From Podarcis liolepis (Eukaryota): a DNA stretch of 64,000 bases. The position numbers were made by a program, and so were the translations under genes. The DNA is taken from NCBI GenBank assembly GCA_965112155.1, contig OZ218101.1; one strand, written 5' to 3'. Positions 14,264-26,867 of the stretch are shown in pieces (position 1 is the stretch's first letter; each line of letters begins with the position of its first letter). The notes under the pieces were generated by a model. The model ran no database searches. It worked only from the letters and a program-made list of their open reading frames with translations, and was not told the DNA's origin.

Positions 14264-14430
14264 TGCCATACTTCAGTGATGCAGCATATGCTTTGCATGC
14301 AGAAGGTCCCAAATTCAATCCCTGGCATCTCCTGTTGGACTGGGAGGGAACCAGCCCTGAAGCCCCAAAGTCACTGGCAGTCAGTGCCGCCAGTGGGCAG
14401 ATCATTTGACTCAGTATAAGGCAGCGTTCC
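14264..14430 (+). mobile_element. tRNA-headed squamate SINE (degenerate); fragments also at ~6335-6420, 43370-43500, 57540-57880
   Basis: GCATATGCTTTGCATGCAGAAGGTCCCAAATTCAATCCCTGGCATCTCC tRNA-like head; 3' TGACTCAGTATAAGGCAGC. Confidence 0.65.
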
Positions 14431-14621
14431 TTCATCCCGTGAAACTGCTAGTTTGGCTGGCTCTTCTGCAGATGGAATGGAGGATGTCATATTGTTTTTT
14501 GCTTCAGGCGGTAAAATGTCTTGGGAAGCCCTAAAGGAAGTAGTCTCAAAGTGCTTATCAAGGTCTCCTAGCTGCTTTGACAGGAAGGTTTCAGGAGATG
14601 ACCAAGTTGTTTCATATAGAT

Positions 14622-14622
<1 letters not shown>

Positions 14623-14659
<37 letters not shown>
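14623..14659. repeat. (GT)n microsatellite followed by a G/A-rich tract
   Basis: Direct. Confidence 0.95.
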
Positions 14660-14661
<2 letters not shown>

Positions 14662-15840
14662 AGAGGGACAGGGGCAGGGGGGAAGAGAGAGAGGGAGAGG
14701 GATTGGGGGAGGGAGGGAGAGAGAGAGAGTGAATGAATGAGAACCTAATGGGGAAGAAGGCAGAATGCTGTTTCTGTTGGCAAGAGGGGGATATCAAAAA
14801 CTGGGAGTCGTGGTGAAATCCAGAATGAAGACATAGCTGCTTTCTTGAACACTGGGCAGGAATACCCCCACTGTGACATTTTGTTGCGGGATCCACTGTG
14901 GAACATGAGATTTGGTACTTCAGAATGACTTGGCTAAAATGGTAAAACTGTGAACAAAATCTAGCCTAGAATATATAAATATTAAGTGAGTGAGAGAGAG
15001 AAAGAGAGAATATATGTATGGAAATGAGAAACTTGTGAAATATAACTTGAAATGTACTGGAAATGATTCACACAGGTATGCAGTCCATAAATAAAAACCA
15101 AAATCACACACTATGCTTCTCTATATATTACATAATAATTTAGCATTCTAATTATCAATACGAATTGCTTGGAGTAAACTGGTTGCATTTAATTTATTTA
15201 CTGCATACACAATAACATTAACTCACCAGTTTATTCCCAGTTGTACCTCCAATGATATTTGAGTATTTCAGCCAGATTTTAATTGATTTTCATAGTAGCT
15301 GGTTGTTAATAGGATAATTTGTCAGTACAATAATAAAACAATTGTTTCCACAGCACTGTGAGTTCAGTTGATCAGATAACAAAGTTAAGTCGAGTTTCAT
15401 TAATTGAAGGCAGGTGTAGGATTTTCTGGATGAAAGATACAAATCCCCATGGCCCTCTGGAAATCGAGATCAGAGGTCACTTAAAAATTAGTTAAGCATG
15501 ATGGACCAACATTGACCTATACAGGTGTTCCAGCTTTCTTTCTGGGTATCACTTCCTGCACTCTTATTTAAACTCTGGCAAAGCCCATAGGTCAACATAT
15601 GTCTTTCGAAGTCTGCATTAAATTAAAAGCCAGTTGAGAACTGCCTTAACTCCCAATCGCTTCTTTGCGGGCTCCTGGAAATATTACCCACAGTAAGAAA
15701 AACGTTTTGGCATTTCTCTGCTTTTGTGCGCCCTGCAACCTAAATGAAATTTAAATACTTTGAAAAAGATCACTAAGTATTAAAGATTATTATTTCACAA
15801 CGTTCTCATGGCTGAGGTCAAATGAATGTATTGGTATATA

Positions 15841-15924
15841 TGCAATCCCAGGCATATCTACTCAGAAGTAAGTTCTGGTCACTTCAGAGGGGCTTACTCT
15901 CAGGTAAATGTGTGGGGGATTGCA
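15841..15924. repeat. Short palindromic dispersed repeat (old MITE-like); relatives at ~3015-3085, 16430-16500, 53461-53532, 61150-61225
   Basis: TGCAATCC...AGTAAG...CTTACT...GGATTGCA inverted structure recurring across the window. Confidence 0.55.
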
Positions 15925-18661
15925 CTTTTGGAATTTTTGCTGCTTTGAATGACATCCATTCCTGGGCATTTGCATTATGAACATTCGATGTAATTGGAAA
16001 ATCCACAACATGAACAACAAGGAAAGCCGGGGAGAGATGTCTACATTCATTGAACTTGGAGCAGCTCAAGTTGGGGCAAAAATGGAATTTATGTGGCACT
16101 TCTTTTAAAACTCATTAATATTCTGATTAAATATTTGACATGGTTTGCTGGCAGGAAAAAGAGTCCCAGCTTTAAAGGAACAAAAGCATGAAAAGCCTTC
16201 TAGTTCTGCAAAATGCAAGCTGGGTTCTAATTCTGGGGGGAATTGGCTCTTTCTGGGAAAATGGGCTCCATCCAGCCCATGGAGAAGAGACAGGGACCAG
16301 CTGCCTGACATGTGTGGAGGCAAGTTGGACAAAAATACTCACACCAAAGGCATGAATTTGCATTGCCTTTCTGAGATTATGATGTGGGAAGTAGCTCTGA
16401 GTACCACCATTTGGGCATGTCAACAGAGAAGTCCTATACATGCCTACTTAAAAGCAAGTCCCATTGAGTTGAATTGGATTTGCTTCCATTTAAGTTTCTA
16501 CACAGAAATAGTTGGGCATTTCCCCTCCTTTACTGTCACTAGAGTAGAATCAGAATAATATCCATAACCTTGAATGGGGAGGTTTTCAGTTGAGGAATAT
16601 TTACACAGCCAATGCAGAATGAGGCCGCTGGTTGTAGTTAATTGGGTATGCAGAAGGTTCAGTAAGGGCAAAATGTGCCTTCAGATTCAATGGAGCCAAG
16701 ATAGTCAATCCATGAAGCACTCCCTAAAAAATATATCTCCCTTTTTTTTTTACTTTTATGTTTCCTTGTGCTAATGTTCACAAGAGGTATATTCCAAAAT
16801 CCACACATTCAATTATTCCCAGGGGACTACATCTTGTTAAAATGCCCAAAATCTTAGAATCATTTCAAAGATCTCCAAAGACACCAGGGCAGAGAAGACA
16901 GCAGTGGTATCAATTTATTGTTGTCATTTGCATCCTTCACAAGCCAACTCACATCAGAAATAAAGACACCGCTTGGATCCTGAAACGCACAGTAGTTTCA
17001 AATTAACGTTCTGCATCACATTTTTAGGAGCGCTTTGGTCTTCCCTGCTGATGCGTGGCACTAATTTCCAAGTGCCTATAATTGTTTACTAGTGGGAGCC
17101 AGACTTTCTTTTTCAACTTCAGTCAATTATGAATGTTCATTCTTAACTTGCTGTACAAAGCTCTGTTATTGTGGTTGGTGGTTGTTGTTTTTCCAGCACC
17201 ACTGAAATCTATTCCTTTAAAGTTCATTTGTCAAACCAATCTAAGCCTATTCTATGTGAGAGCAAAAGGAAAGTGAAGTCATCAGGAGAAAAAGAAAAGT
17301 GTTCTTTGCTTGTTTGTTTCTACATCAGAGCATTATAGACATTCATTAACTTTGGAAAGGGGAGAATTTCATTTATTTATTTGTTTGTTTCACACTGCTA
17401 GCATTCCCCCACCCCACCCCTCCTGACTATAAGACTGATCACTGAAAGGTTAAAGCAACATTAGTTAGCTCTGTGTCAAATACTGTAGAAATTAAATCTT
17501 ACATCATGGCTTCTTGATGCACAAGAGACGAAGCATGGTAGCCAGGAAAGAAAAGAAAAGATGGATCAAAGCAGTGGGAGAAGCTGTGGGACAGCTTTTA
17601 TATGTACACAGCACCCACAAGAGGAGCAAGGCAACATGGATAGTACTTGCCCATGACTTGGATCTTAGGAATTATGGGCACTTGGAGGAGGAGATGATTT
17701 GCCATCCTAACACTAATTCATTCCTGCCTTTGCATATCTTTCACCTTGCTCCACAAAAGTCAAAGAAGTAATTTGCTTGAGTTCTATAAAATAATGCCAG
17801 GAACCTGCAGGAGAACCACAGCTATGGGACACACCTGTACTCATGTTCTTCAGTATCACCAGGATTCCACAGCTAAAATACCTGTTTGAGGTATCAAGAC
17901 CTAGTTGGCTTTAGTGATGGAGGATATGTTGTAAGAGGAATGTGGAATGTGTGGTCCTTAGATCTCCAGTGACAGTGGTTAGAAGGAGCTATCTGTGAAG
18001 CAGGCTCTTTGTGAAACCAGGAAGAGGCTGGAGAAAAAAGGAAAGTGAGAATGGTTTGGCCAGTTCTGAAAGCTGAAGGTTGCTTTTGTGCTAGAGACAA
18101 GAGATGTTCCCCTCCCCAGGCCTTGGATCTTTAGCTGTTTTGATCCTTGTGCAATAGAAATGAAGGGACAACTTTGAACCAGCCCTTTTAGCTGTTCCAA
18201 CGACAGTTAGCAGATCATAATGTTTGACTCCATGCTGTGAAGAGCTTCGCCTTCAAAGACAACTGTTAAAGACACACGAGCAGCCCAGAACACCCCCCCC
18301 CCCCGGTCAGTTGGCAACTCTAGCACTGAGAGTTGTTCTGCGTGGACTGGTGACACAGTAACAAAGAGACAGAACAAATAACACAAGACACATAGAGCAT
18401 GGCATGGTACTGACATCCTCTGAAATCCATGTTTTAATTTGTTTCTGATTTAACAGTGACTGAATACAGGCAGCAACCATTTGGGACATTTGGGGGCCAC
18501 TTCTGGGTCCACAGCAGTGAGTGTCTGAATGGTTGCAAAACGTAAAATGGTCACTGCCTTATGTACAACTGATTCATGTTTTAATCAAAAACTAGGCCAA
18601 TATATCATTGCATCCACAGTCTCCACAATTCCCAAGCCTGCTCTCCATAAACCACCTTCAG

Positions 18662-19006
18662 CAGACCCTCCAACATTTCTCCAATGAAAATAGGGAAGTC
18701 CTATTACGCAATGTTAATTTTACTGTTTATACCCCACACATCTTACTGGGTTGCCCCAGCCACTCTGGGCAGCTTCCAACATACATAAAAACATAATAAA
18801 ACATTAAACATTTAAAAAGGTTCCCTATATAGGATTGCCTTCAGGCGGCTTTGGAGTCGGATAATTCCATTCCCTCCAACATTTCTCCAATGAAAATAGG
18901 GACATTTTAAGGAAAAGTGGGACATTCCAGGAGCAAATCAGAAACCAGGGTGGCTTCTCTAAATTAGGGACGCCCCTGGAAAATGGAGACACATTTGGAG
19001 GGTCCG
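18662..19006. mobile_element. Composite MITE carrying an internal antisense L2 3' tail (copy 1)
   Basis: TIR CAGACCCTCCAA / TTGGAGGGTCCG; internal 18731-18850 is the reverse complement of the L2 tail at 21587-21705; homologous to 25985-26321. Confidence 0.7.
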
Positions 19007-19591
19007 TTTTAGTACTCTTTGAAATGGAAACGTATAGAAACAGTATGGAAATATAAAAATAGAAGATTATTGTATTTCTTTAAAATATAACATTAAGATA
19101 GTTTCCATTGGCTAGCTTTCTGAGCAGGCCAGATACATGGTGGTAAAACAGACTGTCTCTCTCCATCCTATATAATTTTATTTATTTATTTTAAAAAACA
19201 TACATTCATCTTGGAATGGCTCTTCCAGAACCAATTCTCATTAAGCACTGATAAAAATGAAATGCCACAGACAATTCTGTATTAAAGGTGGGGAGGGGGG
19301 GAGAAACTTTCCCCATGGCTTAGAGGAACAAGGACCAGAATTGCTGAGGCTTCACTGTGCGATGGTGTCTGTGAGATGAAAGTTTTGTGCCTAGGACTGC
19401 AGATCAAGACAGAAGGAGAAGGAAGTAATTTGTGTATATTAATTACGAGGCAGTTCTCAGAAGAAGAAGAAAACAAGCAGTTAAAACTCCTGGCTCCATC
19501 GAGAAACAGACACTGCACAGTGGCTAGCATGTGGCACACCAACTAAATATATATTATTTTGTTCCTTTCTCTAAGACTGCATAGGGCATGA

Positions 19592-19795
19592 NNNNNNNNN
19601 NNNNNNNNNNNNNNNNNNNNNNNNNNNNNNNNNNNNNNNNNNNNNNNNNNNNNNNNNNNNNNNNNNNNNNNNNNNNNNNNNNNNNNNNNNNNNNNNNNNN
19701 NNNNNNNNNNNNNNNNNNNNNNNNNNNNNNNNNNNNNNNNNNNNNNNNNNNNNNNNNNNNNNNNNNNNNNNNNNNNNNNNNNNNNNNNNNNNNNN
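19592..19795. other. Assembly gap (204 N)
   Basis: Run of n. Confidence 1.
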
Positions 19796-20904
19796 TCGGG
19801 ATCTAATGATTAAAAAAAAGAAACTTCAAGAAGAACTTCAACCCTTAACTAAACCAATGGGAAAAAGAACGACAGTTGGCAGGCAGATTTCCTACATTGG
19901 GGTCCTGATTAGGACTCTCTTGGGTTAATTTAATATTATCAGTATTGTTCACCTTGCCTTACCATTAATACCACTTAGATTTTTCCCCCCACAATGCATA
20001 TTTTGCATCATTTGCTTTTTACAAATACAGATAGATTGGTGCTATATCAAATTTGTTAATTTGCAGTGTTATTCACAATAATTGTATATTTTGTTTTTCC
20101 AAGCACTTCCCCCATTCTTACCTTTTTTAAAAAAATATTTGTTAGGTACATCACAAGTTGTTTTATCAGCAAATGGTGCCTTTTTCTTTCTATTGATTCA
20201 GTTGCTTCTGTTCACCAAGCCGATGTTAGTATCACTCCAAGCAATACCAAGTTAGCACCTCTATTATTAAACACTTATTTCTCAGAGTATCATAACTGAC
20301 CGCCCCCCTTTTTGAGACCATAGATAAGAATGTGTATTTTAACCTTAAACGTAACTTAGTTCAGTGCACAATTGCTTAGTTCCTAAACATATTTACTGGC
20401 ATATAGAAGTGACACAAAAAGAAAGAAAGAAATCAATAAAATTATTCATGAATAAGAATTTCAGGATCTGATTGTTAAAGGCTGATAAAATAAAAATCAA
20501 CCAGCTAAAAAAAAAAGGTCATGGCATTATTATCTGAGGCTGAGGGCCACGTAATAATGAAATTAATACATGGCCCTCAGCTTCAGGTAATAATGCATTG
20601 TAGCTGAGTAAGCCTGGATTTGCAGTGGGCTTCTACCAGTTGTAGAATGAGCAGTATATAGATAGATATTTAGGCATTGATAGGCTTGCTTTTTTGCATT
20701 CACACTGAGCAATTAAAATTTTTGTTATAAAAATATTTAAAATGCTATGCAACATAGAAATATACCACAGTTGTTTACAACAATAAGAAAAATATAAAGC
20801 CACACAGTAAAAAATAAAAATAAAAATAAACAAGCTGAAAGCAAAATACTTGAAAACAAATATCACTAGACCATTGTGGGGGATGTACATGTAATTGCCT
20901 GAAT

Positions 20905-21265
20905 GTAAAAGGTAAAGGACTCCTGGACGGTTAAGTCCAGTCAAAGGCAACTATGGGGTGCAGCGCTCATCTTGCTTTTCAGGCCAAGGGAGCCAGCGTT
21001 TGTCCACAGACAGCTTTTCCGAGTCATGTGGCCAGCATGACTAAACCGTTTCTGGTGCAACGCGACACCATGACAGAAACCAGAGTGCACAGAAACGCTG
21101 TTTACCTTCCCGTCGCAGTGGTACCTATTTATCTACTTGCACTTGACATGCTTTCGAACTGCTAGGTAGGCAGAAGCTGAGACCGAGCAGGGATTCGAAC
21201 TGCCGACCTGTTGATAGGCAAGCCCAAGAAGCTCAGTGGTTTAGACCACAGCGCCACCTGCGTCC
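20905..21265 (-). mobile_element. Sauria SINE (Squam1)
   Basis: Reverse complement begins GGACGCAGGTGGCGCTGTGGTCTAAACC, has B box GTTCGAATCCC and ends ...GTCCTTTACCTTT; matches 40766-41146. Confidence 0.9.
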
Positions 21266-21273
21266 TCCTTGTG

Positions 21274-21520
21274 GAAGAAAAAGAAGAGTTTGGATTTGAT
21301 ATCCCGCTTTATCACTACCCGAAGGAGTCTCAAAGTGCTAACATTCTCCTTTCCCTTCCTCCCCCACAGCAAACACTCTGTGAGGTGAGTGAAGCTGAGA
21401 GACTTCAGAGAAGTGTGACTGGTCCAAGGTCACCCAGCAGCTGCAGGTGGAGGAGCGGAGACACGAACCCGGTTCCCCAGATTACGAGTCTATCGCTCTT
21501 AACCACTACACCACACTGGC
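21274..21520 (-). mobile_element. MIR/Ther1-derived SINE (Squam3-type)
   Basis: Full-length homologue of 8091-8330 in reverse orientation. Confidence 0.85.
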
Positions 21521-21532
21521 TCTCCTTCCCAC

Positions 21533-21757
21533 TGGAACGCCTTCCCATCAGATGTCAAGGAAATCAAAAACTATCTGACTTTTAGAAGCCATCTGAAGGC
21601 AATTCTGTTCAGGGAAGTTTTTAATGTATGATGTTTATTGTATTTTTAATATTTAGTTGGCAGCTGCCCAGAGTGTATGGGACAACCTGGTCAGATGGGT
21701 GGCATATAAATTATAACATCATCATCATCATCATCATCATCATTATTATTATTATTA
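21533..21757 (+). mobile_element. L2 LINE 3' end
   Basis: TGGAACGCCCTTCCC...FRSHLKAILFREVF-like terminus, CTGCCCAGAG...GATGGGTGGCATATAAAT 3' UTR, (ATC)n(ATT)n tail. Confidence 0.75.
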
Positions 21758-22026
21758 GTCATGCATGGAAGTATCCAATCCCTGCAGGAACACCCTGGAT
21801 CATGGGACAGAGTTCACTCCCTCACAGGTGCTTCCCCTGAGGAAGCAATTTCTTCCTACCGCACTTCACCAGTGTGCATCAGAGAGTGCATCAGAAACAG
21901 AGACCTTAGTGTCATCAGACCTGTCACAAAGAGACTGAAACTGGAAAAAAATCATCCAACCTGGCCGGGTTGGTGTAACCTGGAGGAAACCCAACAAATT
22001 AGTCTGCATTAACCCTGCTAACATAA

Positions 22027-22316
22027 GCGATGCGGGTGGTTAAACCACAAAGCCTAGGACTTGCTGATCAGAAGGTTGGCGGTTCGAATCCCCGCTCCTG
22101 CCAACCTAGCAGTTCGAAAGCACGTCAAGTGCAAGTAGATAAATAGGGACCACTCCAGCGGGAAGGTAAACGGCGTTTCCGTGCGCTGCTCTGGTTCACC
22201 AGAAGCGGCTTAGTCATGCTGTACGCTGGCTCCCTCGGCCAATAAAGCGAGATGAGCGCCGCAACCCCAGAGTCAGTCACGGCTGGACCTAATGGTCAGG
22301 GGTCCCTTTGCCTTTT
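22027..22316 (+). mobile_element. Sauria SINE (internally deleted variant)
   Basis: GGTTCGAATCCCC B box, CAAGTAGATAAATAGG, GGGAAGGTAAACGGCGTTTCC, GGGGTCCCTTTGCCTTT tail. Confidence 0.85.
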
Positions 22317-23070
22317 TAACACCCTAACACCATGCTATTTGAAAAGCACCTTAAAATGGTATTGGGTTGTACAAGAAAACTCCACCTTTTCTGGAACAGA
22401 AAATGATATGCCTTCTCCTTATAACATCTGAGAGGAAGAGAACAATCTAAAGATTTTATGGTATGGCTGCACCTCCTCATGTTTTAAGAAAGTAAATCCT
22501 TAACAGAGCTGATGAGCAGGGCTCAGATGTTGAAATGCAAGGCTCCATAAACGCCCCAGCAATTGAAAACGCTTGCATGAGTCGCACACGAAGCTGTAGG
22601 GTTTAAGTGTTTGTACTTAATATAGTGCATGAGCATTAACTAATAATTATTTTCAGTGAAAAGTTGTCAGTCTTTCTCCAAATAATAGGACAAATACAAG
22701 CTCGAGGTACAAAAGAATTGCAGGCAAAGCAATGATTTTGAAATCACAGCATAAAGTTACAAGTTAAAAATACATGTCATTATAATTTCCGCTTTCTGAG
22801 GTATCCTAGTAAACTAATCATTTTGCTTGTTAGAACAACTGGAGTGTTATCATATACATTAAGCTAAAAACAGTCATTAATGTTGTCAGCTGCACAGCAA
22901 AGTGTCAAGGCGCTGAGGTAAATGGACAATATACCATGGCATTCAAATTGTAATGCTCTTTTGGAGGTAGGGTTGAAAATAGTTAGCGGAATACAAGGAA
23001 ATGGGTCACATTGTGCAGTTGGGTACAACGTCAGCAGAATGTGTACAGAATATCCTGGCTTTTCTTTGTA

Positions 23071-23312
23071 CAGTGGTACCTCGGGTTACATACACTTCAG
23101 GTTACAGATGCTTCAGGTTACAGACTCTGCTAACCCAGAAATAGTACCTCGGGTTAAGAACTTTGCTTCAGGATGAGAACAGAAATCGTGCAGCGGCGGC
23201 GCAGCGGCAGCAGGAGGCCCCATTAGCTAAAGTGGTGCTTCAGGTTAAGAACAGTTTCAGGTTAAGAACAGACCTCCGGAACGAATGAAGTACTTAACCC
23301 GAGGTACCACTG
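23071..23312 (+). mobile_element. Tc1/mariner (pogo/Tigger-type) MITE, family A copy 1
   Basis: TIRs CAGTGGTACCTCGGGTTA / TAACCCGAGGTACCACTG with TA TSD; four copies in the window. Confidence 0.9.
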
Positions 23313-23594
23313 TACCGTACCATCTTCACTGTGAGTTCTAGGAGACTTGTTCCCTGCCTTGCAGCCCCTTTCCCACCTGGGCTGGGAGGCTGAGACTGAC
23401 GACAGCTACAAAAGCAGAGGCTGCCAAACAGACCTTTGGGTTGGGTGTCGCTTAGATTTTTGTTGCTTTTGTTGAAAGTAATTTTTTTGTATCTCTATTT
23501 TAGATCATCTTATGATGGGGGGGAGGTCTCATATGTACATTTGATATTTAATTTATTGCTCATGGCTACTTTGGGGGGTGCAAGGGGTGTTAGG

Positions 23595-23880
23595 GGAGGA
23601 GTAGTACCTCGGATGGGGGACACATCATGCACCTTTGGGGTCGTTTGTCCACCTTTAGTCCCCACTCTGCACTCAGATCTCACCTGTGGCTCCTAGAAGC
23701 TGTCAGCATGAGACAGCAGCCACATGGCTTCGACTGGCCGGCTAAACCAAGTGAGAGGAGCTGATGTGTCTCAAATCCTTGTTGAGTTAGGGGCTTTCAC
23801 TGCATGCAAAGACCGGGTTTGGTGGGTTGAGCAGACGAAAGCAACAGTCAAGAAGGTTGTTTCTGTACGTGCTGTAGAGG
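23595..23880 (+). mobile_element. Probable RTE-clade LINE 5' UTR fragment
   Basis: GC-rich block ...GTCCACCTTTAGTCCCCAC...CTCACCTGTGGCTCCTAGAAGCTGTCAGCATG...GGCTTCGACTGGCCGGCTAAACC resembles squamate RTE-1 5' ends (recalled consensus). Confidence 0.55.
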
Positions 23881-24144
23881 GAAGTCAAATGTGGAGAGTC
23901 CATTTACGTTTCCATATTCTCAATTTTCCACTTCAGTTAAGCCCTGGATATTTTCAAGCACCCACATTTGCCTGCAGTCACACTGCATCATGGGCTTTGA
24001 AAGTTTTCAAGCAACACAAATTATTAATTGGCCTTGTGCATCCATGTTTCACTCCCGGGAGTATGAGGCAGTTCAGAAGCTGTCCAGACAACATGAAATA
24101 TGAAAAGACCAAACTATCACGATAGTCCCTACTCAACCATGCCG

Positions 24145-24302
24145 CGCTCTGGGTGATGTTGGAGCAGTCCCTGCCTATCAGCCTAACCTACCTCACAGTG
24201 TTGTTGTAAGGATCAAATGGACAGGAGGGGAAACACGTATACTGCCTTGAGCTCCTTGAAGGAAAGATGGAATATAAATGTAATAATAAATAAATAATAA
24301 TA
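24145..24302 (+). mobile_element. Old MIR/CORE-SINE fragment
   Basis: CAGCCTAACCTACCTCACAGTGTTGTTGTAAGGAT CORE-like motif, CCTTGAGCTCC, (AAT) tail. Confidence 0.7.
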
Positions 24303-25984
24303 GTACGAACGCATAATTCTTGTTCATTTAAATGTGATTTCGGAACATCCAGCAGAACTCTGATATGAAGATTCAGAAGTAACAGAAATGCAATATTTAA
24401 AATCCAAATTCCATTTCTGCTCGTTGTTTAGTACTTGTTAGTCCAGTCTTTAATACTTGACTAAAAGAATATAGTTCCCCAGAACCATGAAGAGGCCTCT
24501 CCTAAGAGATTTTACACGTTGTACATTTATAGAACGTTTCCGCCCCCCCAAATAATCCTGGGAAATGTAGACTCTTAAGGGTACTAGGAATTATAGCTCT
24601 GTGAATGGTAAAATATAATTCCCAGGATTCTTGGGGAGTGCACTTTAAATATATGTTAATAAAGCTGACTTTATTGAGCTAACATTTGTCTGTTCCTTCC
24701 TTTCACTTGTTTGAATTTGAGGTAAGGTGTGTGTGTGTGTGTGTGTGTGTAAAATTTTACCTTTCCAATTACCCAACAGGCAAGAACAAAAAAAGTATCT
24801 TTTCCAATTACCCAGCAGCCAAGAACACCAAAGTATCATGTTGAAATAAACACCAATGCACACAGTTGACAGCCTCGGGATAAGTTCATGACTGAAACAG
24901 CACAGAAGTATAATTATATCTTTGCTCTGTAGAGTGTGGTCCATCTGGGTCAGGGCCGAGGTCATTGGCAGCCTGGGAGAACTTATTCACACTTAAGCTA
25001 GCCTGCTTCTGCCTGGCTGGAGGTTATCCGGAAGTTCAACTTTTTAACCACCGAGAGCAAAAATGATTCCACCCAAAGAAATACATCTAGGTAGTCGAGT
25101 AGCATCAGGAAGCACTTGGGAAGTCGAAAGGACAACAGCTCATTTAGAAACTGACTACCTGTCACAAAGCCCAAAACCAATTATAAAAGGTAAAGGTAGC
25201 CACATTCCAGAAGTAAAGGATTCCAAGAGATGATTTTATGGATTCCCCCTCCCCCAAGCTGCCTTATCTTTCCTTTTTGCTTCCACAGTCTTTTCCTTCA
25301 TGGATGAAGTGCCCCCCCCCCCAGCTCAGGGTCACCTGCTAGTTCACACATCCATCTTGTTCAGTAGGATCAAGTGATGATTTGCATGCGTGAATGTATT
25401 GGGTTATCATCATCCTTCAAGCCTTGCAGACAGAAGGAGCCTCATCTTACGTTACCTCAAACACAATGCCTCTTTTCCAGGTCAGCCAGTTTGCACAGTC
25501 AGAGTCAGTCACCAAGTACTGTGTTAACAAGAGATGGAACATCAAGCAGCGTACAGGAACGTATCACATCAGCCTCATGGGTCTCCTTACACAACATCCA
25601 CATCCATCCACTGACCCTTCCTGATACAGAATTCTTCTGTGTTGTGTGAATGACTTAGGTAAGTGGTCTTGCAAGCTTTCTCACACTGTAGGCCACTGTG
25701 GGAACAGGATCCTGACCTAGATGGGCCATTGGCCAAATATTGCAGGAGTCTTCTTCTGTTATTATGTGCATCCTGCACAGCTCCATAAGCTTCACAGATA
25801 TTGTTAAAGAACAAGTGTTATATGTGTCATAAAATGTGGTGCCACTAATATCTCATCATTCACGGACTTTTCACTGAGGCTGCATATACACCATACATGT
25901 AAAGCATATTTAATTTCCCCATATTGTTTCCTCCATATAATCTTAGGAACTGTAGTTCAGAGCTGCAATTCCCAGCACTCTTAC

Positions 25985-26321
25985 ATTCCCTCCAACATTT
26001 CTCTGATGAAAACAGGGATGTCCTATACTATGATGATGTCCCACCTATCTGACTGAGTTGCCCCAGCCACTCTGGGCAGCTTCCAACATATCTAAAAACA
26101 TAATAAAACTTTTAACATTTTTAAAAAACCTTTCCTATACAGGGGTGCCTTCAGATGGCTTGGGGGTCAGGATCAAATAACTGTATACTCTCCAGCATTT
26201 CTCTGATGAAAATAGGGGGGTCCTAAGGAAAAGCAGGACATTCTGGGGTCAAATCAGAAACCAGGATGGCTTCTGTAAATCTGGGACTGTCCCCGGAAAG
26301 TAGGGAGACTTGGAGGGTCTG
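25985..26321. mobile_element. Composite MITE carrying an internal antisense L2 3' tail (copy 2)
   Basis: Colinear with 18662-19006; ends TTGGAGGGTCTG. Confidence 0.7.
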
Positions 26322-26867
26322 CTTTTAACAAAAAATCTTAGGATTGTGTTTCAAATGCCTTTGTGTGTATGAAGTCTGAGTGAATCAAAGCTGAATGTGC
26401 AACGCTGCATATTTTGAAAAGTACTGTTGAATCGTAAAGACATCTGAAGTGTGTATTGAAGAGCGGGCAGATTTTACAGGAGTCGTTACAAAAGTGAAGT
26501 GCTGTCAGCCTGCGGCTGGGGGCCTGGCTTTACTATAAGCTGAGGTCGAAAGGGTTAGTAGGAACGGATGTGGTCAAAAACAAAGCAGTGATCAGATTCT
26601 GGAGCAGGCAGACAAGGACCCAAAGGGCAACAGGCGGATGATGCATTCTAAGATGTGATAGGGTACAGTTTTTGGAGCAGACCAGCAGGAAGGAGGTGCA
26701 GGGTAGGATACAAGGCTAGGTAAGGGCCAAATCAGTCCAGCTGCTTGCGCCGAGGTTGAGTTTTTCTCAGACTGAGGAGGTGACTGGGATGTTGGGACTT
26801 TATGGGTCCTGGTGAAGCTTAGAGGGTTGTGGGGATCCTGATTGGTTTAGGGTATGCAGGCTGCCTG

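Noticed and set aside
19588-19806. Poly-X ORF
   Set aside because: Artefact of the N gap
25481-25658. AG...GT-bounded segment as a coding exon
   Set aside because: Stop codons in all three frames before the donor site
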